DNA of 64,000 nt from Gammaproteobacteria bacterium (GTDB lineage Bacteria > Pseudomonadota > Gammaproteobacteria > JBCCGL01). Made by a program: the position numbers and the translations under genes. Position 1 is the stretch's first letter, and each line of letters begins with the position of its first letter. Below the pieces are notes generated by a model. That model was not told where the DNA came from and did no database searches. It saw only the letters and a list, made by a program, of their open reading frames with translations. Positions 29,588 to 37,425 of the stretch are shown here, one piece after another. Location of the stretch: NCBI GenBank assembly GCA_965277715.1, contig OZ255836.1, positions 4,202,767 to 4,266,766 of the forward strand, in the 5' to 3' direction.

Positions 29588-30475
29588 ATGCAACAGCACA
29601 GATATGGGTTTGGTGTTTTACTGGTGGTCGTTGGCGGGGTGTTTCTCAGCACAAATGGCATCGTATTGCGCAATATGGAGCAGGCCAGTGGCTGGCAGAT
29701 TCTTTTCTATCGTGGCCTGGCATTTTCGATAACGCTGTTTCTGATTTTACTGTTTCGCTACCGGGCGGGCATAGTGGGTGCGTTTCGCGCCATCGGTCAG
29801 CGTGGGATATGGGCGGGGGTGGTACTTGGCTTAGGGTCGTGCTGCTATGTGTTTGCCCTGTTGTTTACCACAATTGCGAATGCGGTGTTTATTATTGGTG
29901 CCGCCCCATTGGCGACAGCCTTTGTCGCCTGGTTGGTATTGGGTGAGCGCACATCGGTGAGTGGGGTTATCGCGATGCTGGTGTCACTGGGCGGCATAGG
30001 TTTGATGTTTGTCGATGGATTGATTGCCGGTCGTTGGTTTGGCAATGTGATGGCGCTGTTGGTGGTGGCATCGTTTGTTATTTACCTGCTGATTCTGCGC
30101 GGTAAGCGCGACACCGATATGTTGCCGGCAACCTGTATTGGTGGTGTCGTTATGGCGGTGGCGGGGCTGCTCGGTGCACAGCATCTGTTGGTATCGACGC
30201 ACGATTTACTGCTTGCGGTGATGATGGGTTGTGTGCAGTTTCTGGTGGGTTTTATGTGTTTCACTATTGCCACGCGCTACATTCTTGCTGCCGAGGTGGC
30301 TTTGTTTGCCCTCACTGAATCAATACTGGCGCCTATTTGGGTCTGGGTGGGGATAGGGGAAACACCCAGTGTGCTAACGCTGACAGGGAGTGCGATTGTG
30401 CTGGTATCGGTTGTCGCTTACTGTGTAATGGAAATTGCCAGGCAGCGGCGCGCTGTGGATCCGGTCACAACGTGA
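29588..30475 (+). CDS. EamA/DMT-family transporter
   Basis: 295-aa ORF with ten hydrophobic segments in two EamA-like halves. Confidence 0.8.
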   Translation: MQQHRYGFGVLLVVVGGVFLSTNGIVLRNMEQASGWQILFYRGLAFSITLFLILLFRYRAGIVGAFRAIGQRGIWAGVVLGLGSCCYVFALLFTTIANAVFIIGAAPLATAFVAWLVLGERTSVSGVIAMLVSLGGIGLMFVDGLIAGRWFGNVMALLVVASFVIYLLILRGKRDTDMLPATCIGGVVMAVAGLLGAQHLLVSTHDLLLAVMMGCVQFLVGFMCFTIATRYILAAEVALFALTESILAPIWVWVGIGETPSVLTLTGSAIVLVSVVAYCVMEIARQRRAVDPVTT

Positions 30476-30570
30476 TGTGGCTCCCTCTCTGAGGGAAGTA
30501 GTGGTATTGGGTTTTGTGGTTTCGCTTAGTGACTTGCTCAAGCAAGCGGGAGAGAGGGGTTTTTGCTTGA

Positions 30571-30753
30571 TTAATATTTACCTGCATAACCCATGAAGAT
30601 GTGTACCAGGCGGATGAGGTGTTTGTCATCAGTACCGCTGGTGGTGTTATGTCGGTGTGCAAGGTTGATAATCAACTGCTATCTGGTGGTACTGTTGGCG
30701 TGTTAACAAGTCAGCTATCAGTACTGGGCACTGCACGCATTGACGGAATATAG
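30571..30753 (+). pseudogene. Relic of the C-terminus of a class IV (BCAT/D-amino-acid) aminotransferase
   Basis: Open frame reads ...ITHEDVYQADEVFVISTAGGVMSVCKVDNQLLSGGTVGVLTSQLS...IDGI-stop. The ADEVF(L/V).ST...V..V motif is the conserved C-terminal block of fold-type IV aminotransferases. There is no upstream coding continuation (stop at 30568). Confidence 0.55.
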
Positions 30754-31082
30754 ATGCGATATTGAATACTAAAAAATACAGTTCTGCGGTTTATATGAAT
30801 GTAGTGCCATTTTACATTTATGGTGATTTTGGTGTTGCTATTGGAGGTGGAATGAAATTGGATGTAGGCTGGTAAACAACAGACGATTGTGCTGTTTCGG
30901 TCTTCTTACATCCATAGTATCAAAGTGCTACCCTATTTTGAAATGCCTGCCTGTTTAAAGATCGTGGAAGCTGAGCCATCCCAGCGTTTGGACACCTTGT
31001 TATTACTGTTGGATCAGGGAGAAGCGTGTTCTATTGAATTAGCTGTAAGCAGAGAAATTCCTATCATTATTGATGAACGTAA

Positions 31083-31220
31083 GGAACGTGCACGAAACAA
31101 ATTCCGGGATTCATCAATGCATCGATTCACCTTATAGTTGAGTTGGCTAAGCGTGTTATTAATACATAGCGCACTATTTAAATAACATTATAAAAGTGGA
31201 AATTATTTTGTGTACGTTCC
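31083..31220. mobile_element. 138-bp MITE copy A (IS5-like termini)
   Basis: Bounded by GGAACGTGCACGAAA... and ...ATTATTTTGTGTACGTTCC. It aligns along its whole length with the reverse complement of 54188-54325. Confidence 0.75.
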
Positions 31221-31304
31221 ATAACACCCTACACTGCCTACATAGAAAAAGAGTAGACATTAGCTCACCTTTTATTAATCTTTGTATTTATTCGTGGTGC
31301 TATA

Positions 31305-31744
31305 GGGGTTTCGTTCGCGAAGCGTAAGTATCTTTCTCCACTGTATACAGTGCGAACGAGTTACTTTTTGCTAGCGCACAAAAAGGAACCAAAAATGCGC
31401 TTTCGGTGTTCAGTTTGAATTGATAGGCCAGTGGGGCGTGCGTTTAGCTTTGGTTTTCTTTTTTGCTGCGTTCATCACGCCCACGAGATCCGGGCAGCTT
31501 ATTGGCTGGCATTGTTCCCTGCGCCATAAGTGAATTGGGCCTTTTTATTCATACCATTACCATGTGATCGGGGAAGTCAGTTAGGATTGGTTTATTAGAA
31601 AAATACGGAAATAACAGATCGACATAAGCCGGAACTGCTGAGGGGGAGGTTCCCGCGGCCTACTCACCTGGGCGTAGACAAAAAGTAACTCGCTCGCTCT
31701 GTAAAGAGTAAATAAAAACACCAAGGTATCGCGAGAGAAACCCC
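31305..31744. repeat. Inner inverted-repeat element (about 73-bp arms) nested inside the 790-bp insertion
   Basis: 31305-31377 and 31672-31744 are imperfect inverted complements (GGGGTTTC...GAGTTACTTTTTG...). The arm contains the palindrome ACTGTATACAGT. A related fragment lies at 53955-53985. Confidence 0.65.
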
Positions 31745-32238
31745 ATAACCCCCCAGGGAAATTGCACTACAACACCATGTATACTCTATGTGTTAATAAC
31801 ACGCTCAGCTAACTCAAAGATAAGGTAGATTGGTCCGCTTACGAATCCCGGAAGTTATTTCGTGCACGTTCCTAAGGGGCGGCAAATTGCAAAGAAAATG
31901 GGGGTGCAGGTCATAGGTTTTGTTGGTTTATTAATACAGGCAGTGCGTAGGGAAATTCTTGATAAGCAAAGCGCGGTAGAGAACAGTTTATATTTGTCAG
32001 TATCATTGCGTCGAGAGGTACAGGAAGTGCTGGAAAGTTTTTAAGTTGAATGGATACTGTTCAAGTGGTGTTTTTTTTACCTATCCTGCAAGGTTAAAAA
32101 TACCGATATACCCGAAAGCGACGGGTATGGCTTTGTTGTCGTTATCGCTACGCCTGGTGGTTGGTATAAGGTCAGTCAGTATTCAAAAGGTGAAGGGTAA
32201 AAAATGAAAGGATACTGTCTCTTTATAATTTGGTGTGG

Positions 32239-33075
32239 TTAGAAGTAGTGTGTCCTGGGGCTTAATGGTGTGCCACGTTGGGTACATTCTTGTGTAGGTA
32301 GTATGTCCATGCTTGGCCATAGTCCGGTTAATAGGCTGTCTGCGTAGGCGTTGCTTAAACCGGCGCTGGCCATTGCATTGTTTGCCTCTAATGCATCAAC
32401 GTTGACGGCCAGGTGGTCAATGCGGATTTGGTTTTTATCTTGTTGCCATATTGAATACCAGCCACGCTGGGTGCCGTCATTGGCGGGCATACCAATGACA
32501 CCGGGGTTGTGCCAGAGCTTGTCATTAATCTGTTGCGTAAATGGCAGGCCACAATGGCCGCCAATGACACCATCAGTGCCCGCGAGTGCAAGTTCGTCGT
32601 GTTTGGTGTGATGATCTGTCGAGGCAAAAACAAATTGGTTGATGCGGCTGACGCTGCCGTGTATCACGGCAAAGTGCCTCCCGGCGTAGCTGAAGTTAAT
32701 GCGTTTTGGCAGGGTGCGCATCCATGTGCGGTGTGCTGTTTCGACATGGTGGTTGGTGTAGTTGTACCAGGTATTAGACAATATATCGCAGGCGCTACCC
32801 GTAGCAAAACCACAACCACAATCATCGGTGCTCCAGCCAATCGATTCCTCACAGTTACCCATTAGCACGGTGACACCCCAGTCGCGCAGTGCTTTGATGG
32901 TTTCATTGGGTTGTGCGCAGTAAGCGACAACATCGCCGGTACAAATGATGTTTTTTGCAGTAATACCCCGTTTTGTCGTTTCTGAGTGAATGGCCTGCGT
33001 GGCGTGTAAATTGCTGTAAGGGCCGCCAAAGAATACGAGTGGGCCTTCAAGGTTACCGAGGTCGAGTGTGTTCAT
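32239..33075 (-). CDS. Metallophosphoesterase-family protein (atypical motif I)
   Basis: 278-aa ORF with calcineurin-like motifs CTGDVVAY (GD), LMGNCEE (GNxE), AVIHGS and IGGHCG. The first motif reads GGPYSNLH instead of the usual DxH. Confidence 0.7.
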   Translation of the reverse strand: MNTLDLGNLEGPLVFFGGPYSNLHATQAIHSETTKRGITAKNIICTGDVVAYCAQPNETIKALRDWGVTVLMGNCEESIGWSTDDCGCGFATGSACDILSNTWYNYTNHHVETAHRTWMRTLPKRINFSYAGRHFAVIHGSVSRINQFVFASTDHHTKHDELALAGTDGVIGGHCGLPFTQQINDKLWHNPGVIGMPANDGTQRGWYSIWQQDKNQIRIDHLAVNVDALEANNAMASAGLSNAYADSLLTGLWPSMDILPTQECTQRGTPLSPRTHYF

Positions 33076-33280
33076 AAACGCATATTTTTTTGAAAAAAAC
33101 CTAAACGGTTATTGCTAATTAAGTGTTGTTTGGTACGGGAACAACAGCCAAATAACGATGAATTCCTATCGGCTACAAACACCTGTGTAGACTTAGACAT
33201 CAGATTGACGCGCCTGCTAAATACTCTACCATGCGCATGGATGTGCGCATATTGCAAAGGAACAAGCTCTGAGACATGAA

Positions 33281-33455
33281 CCTGAATTCCGCAGTTGAAT
33301 CTACTGCGAGCACCTGATGCACAGAATCTAAAGCGCTTTAACCCGCATTTCAGCTTCACCTGTAGAATGACGACAGGATGGCTAAAATGCTGGTAAAAAC
33401 ACTTCATCTTCAGCACCTTAGACGCTCTCGCTACGATTCAACTGCGGAATTTAGG
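33281..33455. repeat. Family-A palindromic element, 175-bp copy with 77-bp internal insertion
   Basis: It has the same arms and core as 2604-2701, with extra sequence inserted at the loop of the inner hairpin (after ...GAATCTAA). Confidence 0.8.
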
Positions 33456-33490
33456 ATTATTTAGATTGAAAAATATAGTAAGAATGTTGT

Positions 33491-34489
33491 CTACGTTTTT
33501 GGTGTATTTTGTACTGAATATTTATTCTTTTTATCCCGCCACTGCCGAATGCGGTCTTCATCTGATAGTGCCTCACTTTTTTGACTGGAAGCAGTGGGTG
33601 TTTGTAGCCTGGGAAGCTGATCCTCTAAGAAATCACTTACATCCATGAGTAATTTTGACGAGGTAATATCATCCTTTAACCACTGGTCAGACTGTTCTTT
33701 GGCAAGGAATCGGCGCATCTCCTGTTTGAATTTACGGTGTGTTTCCGTACTGGCCAGGTCATTAATGCGGGTATTTAGGCGGTCGATCAATGGCTTTATG
33801 TCACCACCGTCAATCAGGTGGTAATCTGCCGCTTTACTGCGCACCCAGCCGTGATGCAGGTCGATTCCCTTGTCTCTTAACCACTTAATATCCCAAATAT
33901 CCCGTGCTTTTATGTATCTGCGACCGGCAATTGCAATGACTTTATCAGCCAGGATTTCTCTTTCAGACGATACGTTCAGCACTACCGCTCCAGCCCCAAA
34001 CTGAGAATAGAGGCTATTGATCATTCGCGGTCTTGCGTCATAGGCAGGAATGTCAGCGATCTCAATATGAAGCTTCTGATTTCGTGTGCCCTCTTTTTCG
34101 ATTTCAATGGTTGCGATCCAGCGATGAACAGCTACTGATTTTGCAGTGGTGCGTTCATTCATAGACCGCTTGGGATCAGAGACCCGAACGCTTAGCGCAA
34201 ACTTTTCGGCCAGCGATGCCTTTAATGTCTCTTTGAAGTGCTCAAAGTGTGTCGGATTCAGTGGCATATTACGGACAAAATTCAGGTCTTCGCTGTATCG
34301 TTGGTTGCCATAGCACAAGCGCAATGCGGTTCCACCCTGAAGTACCAGTGACTTCCCCAGCTCGGATTTTTGCAAGGCCAGCAAAATATTGGCATGAAGT
34401 ACTTCTTTTAAGATGGTGTCCTTAAGGCGGTTTTGCCCGGCTGCCAGTCGATCGGCGATAATTATCAGATCCTCAAATGACTTTTTCAT
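33491..34489 (-). CDS. abiEii: AbiEii/AbiGii-family nucleotidyltransferase toxin (type IV TA / abortive infection)
   Basis: DUF1814-type motif LQGGTALRLCYGNQRYSEDLNF. The MKKSFEDL start (34489) overlaps the antitoxin stop by 17 nt. The ORF track start at 34519 lies further upstream in frame. Confidence 0.85.
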   Translation of the reverse strand: MKKSFEDLIIIADRLAAGQNRLKDTILKEVLHANILLALQKSELGKSLVLQGGTALRLCYGNQRYSEDLNFVRNMPLNPTHFEHFKETLKASLAEKFALSVRVSDPKRSMNERTTAKSVAVHRWIATIEIEKEGTRNQKLHIEIADIPAYDARPRMINSLYSQFGAGAVVLNVSSEREILADKVIAIAGRRYIKARDIWDIKWLRDKGIDLHHGWVRSKAADYHLIDGGDIKPLIDRLNTRINDLASTETHRKFKQEMRRFLAKEQSDQWLKDDITSSKLLMDVSDFLEDQLPRLQTPTASSQKSEALSDEDRIRQWRDKKNKYSVQNTPKT

Positions 34490-35033
34490 AGATTGCCTTC
34501 TTTGCCTGTTTGCCAACAAGATGGCTTGCCTCTCGATTGCTTTTCATCAAGTCCCTTAATGCCAGCTCAGCATCTGCCATCAATAGACCTGTTTCGTTAT
34601 CGATAGTCGTATGATCGAGAATAAATGCCATGGGTCTTTTTGTATGGGTAAACTCAACGGTTCCGTAGGGCGTTTTAAATGTCTGAGAGCTCCCGTTGGT
34701 CATTAGCGATAAGTAATTTAACGGTATCTGTGAAATCACCCCTAACTGGCTTAGGCGTGATTCCTGAGATAAGTAGCTAATGTTTCCAGGCTTCAACCAG
34801 TGAACCAGTGCAGGTAACTTATCCGCAGGCGCACAACGCGCCTTCTCATTTGCGTATAGCCCTCTTTTGATTTGTATCAGCAAGCCAGATTTTACGTGGC
34901 GCCGGAGGCTCATTTTCAATGAATCTTTAGACTCCACCGGAAAAAGAACGCGAAAGGTCGCCAGGGTAAACAGCCATAGATGGTTTTCCCGATCCTGCTT
35001 ATATAATACTGTCAGTAATGCTGCTGCCTTCAT
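34473..35033 (-). CDS. abiEi: AbiEi-family antitoxin/transcriptional regulator
   Basis: 186-aa ORF with an N-terminal winged-helix pattern (...SLRRHVKSGLLIQIKRGLYA) typical of AbiEi. It lies immediately upstream of the AbiEii gene and overlaps it. Confidence 0.8.
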   Translation of the reverse strand: MKAAALLTVLYKQDRENHLWLFTLATFRVLFPVESKDSLKMSLRRHVKSGLLIQIKRGLYANEKARCAPADKLPALVHWLKPGNISYLSQESRLSQLGVISQIPLNYLSLMTNGSSQTFKTPYGTVEFTHTKRPMAFILDHTTIDNETGLLMADAELALRDLMKSNREASHLVGKQAKKAIYEKVI

Positions 35034-35136
35034 TTGGGTGCCCAGGGGTCTGTCGGGTTCAGGGTTACTCTACAGAGGATGGTTGATACATTTGTGAATG
35101 TAGAAATGCCTATTCTTAGCAATCTATAAAAAATAT

Positions 35137-35180
35137 ATGTCTATACTAAAGGTACTAAAAAATACCTTTACTATAGACAT
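35137..35180. promoter_or_regulatory. 18-bp inverted repeat, candidate AbiEi operator
   Basis: ATGTCTATACTAAAGGTA-ctaaaaaa-TACCTTTACTATAGACAT has one mismatch in 18. It lies about 100 nt upstream of the abiEi start. Confidence 0.5.
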
Positions 35181-35243
35181 GTAGGTATAAAAGGGCAAAT
35201 AGTCAACCTTGTCCAGATTGATAATGAAAAGCTGAAAGCTATG

Positions 35244-35334
35244 GTTAAACACCTAAGTTAAACACCTAAGTTAAACACCTAAGTTAAACACCTAAGTTAA
35301 ACACCTAAGTTAAACACCTAAGTTAAACACTTAA
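35244..35334. repeat. Tandem repeat, 13 bp x 7 (GTTAAACACCTAA)
   Basis: Six identical units plus a seventh with one C>T change, in head-to-tail arrangement with no spacers. Confidence 0.95.
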
Positions 35335-35701
35335 TACGATACTCCTGTTTCCCCTACGCCTCTGGATACCATTCCATACCAACGAGACGGAGCTTTGATA
35401 TTTACTTTAAGGCAGGCGCTGTTTCAGAATACGGATATTGCAGGCCTGCTGGCAAGAAAGCGGTGATTAATTTTAGGATAATTACTCGATCTGGACTATC
35501 GCATCGGGGTTGTTGTAGTAATCAATGTACTTGGGGGCGTGGCCGAATCGACCATAACTATTACAGGGCGTTTAGTTTTTCCTTGTTCCATTGAAAAACC
35601 AATATCAGGGCGCTATATATCTGCCCGGTTTTTTTTGAGCTTACGCCAGATATGGCATTCAACCACAATAAATAAACGATCAATCAACAAGGTTGTTAAC
35701 G

Positions 35702-36679
35702 ATGATTCAAGTACAAAATATAAGTAAAGCATTTGGCGGGTTTGTCGCTGTCGATGCGCTTTCCTTTCAGGTGTCACCGGGTGAGGTGCTGGGGTTTCTC
35801 GGCCCGAATGGGGCGGGTAAATCCACTACCATGAAGATGATCAGCGGTTTTCTTAAACAGGATGCCGGGTCGATCAGCGTGTTTGGCCACGATGTGCAAA
35901 GCGCCCCGCTGGAAACGAAAAAGCTGATCGGCTACCTGCCTGAAGGCGCCCCCGCCTGGGGAGAGATGACCACCTCGGCATTTCTCAGTTTTATCGCCGA
36001 TATTCGCGGTTTGCGGGGTGATGAGAAACAGTGGCGTACCGCAGCGGTAATCGACCAGCTCGAACTACACAGCGTGCTGGGCCGCCCTGTCGATGACTTA
36101 TCGAAGGGGTTTAAACGCCGTGTTGGCATCGCCCAGGCGATCATTCACGACCCTAAAGTACTGATTCTCGATGAGCCGACCGACGGCCTCGACCCCAATC
36201 AAAAACACCAGGTGCGCGAGTTGATCCGCAATCTGGCGACCGACAAGATCGTGATCGTCTCGACGCATATCCTCGAAGAGGTGCACGCGGTGTGTTCACG
36301 CGCCCTGATTATTGCCGATGGCAAACTGGTCGCCGATAACACCCCCGCCGAGCTTGAACTGCAATCGCGCTACCACAACGCGATCACGCTGGAGTTGGCG
36401 CCGGACAGCCAGATGGATGTGGCCAGCGCTCTCGGCGGTTTACCAGGTGTCGATAAGGTTGAGAGGAACGCCTTGCAGCGCAACCGCTTTACTGTTTTTC
36501 CAAGCCAGGGCCAGGCAATTTACGCCACCGTCAACGAGCAGGTGCAAAACAACGGCTGGCCTGTGCGCGCACTGTATACCGAGCGTGGTCGGCTCGATGA
36601 TGTGTTCCGGCAGATTACCCAGCAACCCATTGCGCCACAACAGGGCACTCACCAACAATCGGGAGCGGCAGCGCAATGA
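35702..36679 (+). CDS. ABC transporter ATP-binding protein (GldA-like)
   Basis: Walker A GPNGAGKST, signature LSKGFKRRVG, Walker B LILDEPTDGLD. The ATG at 35702 (MIQVQNISK) is preferred over the upstream TTG at 35693. Confidence 0.9.
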   Translation: MIQVQNISKAFGGFVAVDALSFQVSPGEVLGFLGPNGAGKSTTMKMISGFLKQDAGSISVFGHDVQSAPLETKKLIGYLPEGAPAWGEMTTSAFLSFIADIRGLRGDEKQWRTAAVIDQLELHSVLGRPVDDLSKGFKRRVGIAQAIIHDPKVLILDEPTDGLDPNQKHQVRELIRNLATDKIVIVSTHILEEVHAVCSRALIIADGKLVADNTPAELELQSRYHNAITLELAPDSQMDVASALGGLPGVDKVERNALQRNRFTVFPSQGQAIYATVNEQVQNNGWPVRALYTERGRLDDVFRQITQQPIAPQQGTHQQSGAAAQ

Positions 36680-37407
36680 GTATCACTACCACTATCCTCA
36701 AGCGTGAGCTATGCAGTTATTTCGCAACGCCACTGGCGTATGTGTTTATTGTGATTTTTTTGATGTTGTCGGGTTTGGTCACCTTCGCTATCGGTGGTTT
36801 TTACGAGCGTGGCCAGGCCGATTTGCAATCCTTCTTTACCTTTCACCCTTGGCTGTATCTGTTTTTAGTACCGGCAGTGGCGATGCGTTTGTGGGCTGAG
36901 GAGCGCAAATCGGGCACCATTGAATTACTGCTGACGCTGCCAGTGACCTTGCAGCAGGCGGTGATGGGCAAATTTTTGGCCGCCTGGTTGTTTGTGGGTA
37001 TTGCCCTGGTGCTGACGTTCCCACTGTGGGTAACGGTTAATTACCTCGGCAGCCCAGACAATGGGGTTATCCTCGCCGCCTATATTGGCAGTTGGCTAAT
37101 GGCGGGGGCCTTTCTGGCGGTGGGGTCGTGTATGTCCGCCGCCACTGGCAATCAGGTGATCGCCTTCATCCTCACCATTGTGGTGTGTTTCCTGTTTGTC
37201 GTTTCCGGGTTTGGCCTGATCCTCGATTCGTTTCAGGGGTGGGCACCGTTGCAGGTGGTGGATGCGGTGGCCAGCCTGAGTTTTACCAGTCACTTTGCGG
37301 CGATTAGCCGGGGAGTGCTGGATCTGCGCGATGTACTGTATTTCGCCATTATGATTGTCGCCTGGCTGTTTGCCACGGCGGTGGTAATCGACATCAAAAA
37401 AGCGTAA
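36676..37407 (+). CDS. ABC-2-type permease (GldF-like)
   Basis: 243-aa six-TM ORF, overlapping the ATPase stop by 4 nt. Confidence 0.8.
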   Translation: MSITTTILKRELCSYFATPLAYVFIVIFLMLSGLVTFAIGGFYERGQADLQSFFTFHPWLYLFLVPAVAMRLWAEERKSGTIELLLTLPVTLQQAVMGKFLAAWLFVGIALVLTFPLWVTVNYLGSPDNGVILAAYIGSWLMAGAFLAVGSCMSAATGNQVIAFILTIVVCFLFVVSGFGLILDSFQGWAPLQVVDAVASLSFTSHFAAISRGVLDLRDVLYFAIMIVAWLFATAVVIDIKKA

Positions 37408-37425
37408 TTGCGAAGGGATAACAAA

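Larger units (their letters stand above)
31083..31872. mobile_element. 790-bp nested non-autonomous element with about 90-bp terminal inverted repeats and TAA target-site duplication
   Basis: Ends GGAACGTGCACGAAACAAATTCCGGGATTC... and ...GAATCCCGGAAGTTATTTCGTGCACGTTCC are inverted complements. Flanking TAA lies at 31080-31082 and 31873-31875. No ORF of 60 aa or more lies inside. Confidence 0.8.
30889..32044 (+). pseudogene. DUF3368/PIN-like gene, 5'-degenerate and split by a 790-bp insertion
   Basis: The left part ends ...LDQGEACSIELAVSREIPIIIDERK and the right part resumes GRQIAKKMGVQVIGFVGLLIQAVRREIL... Removing 31083-31875 restores an in-frame gat gaa cgt aag ggg cgg junction. Confidence 0.7.

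Noticed and set aside
33072-33416. 114-aa minus-strand ORF upstream of the metallophosphoesterase
   Set aside because: It runs through the 175-bp family-A repeat and has no recognisable family or RBS.
35049-35079. Third copy of the family-B repeat just upstream of abiEi
   Set aside because: It matches only about two-thirds of positions by eye against the 28666 and 40794 copies. That is too weak to call without a computed alignment.
35244-35334. Possible CRISPR array (also considered for 53998-54103)
   Set aside because: The units are directly abutting with no spacers (13 bp and 47 bp), and no cas genes are present. These are plain tandem repeats.
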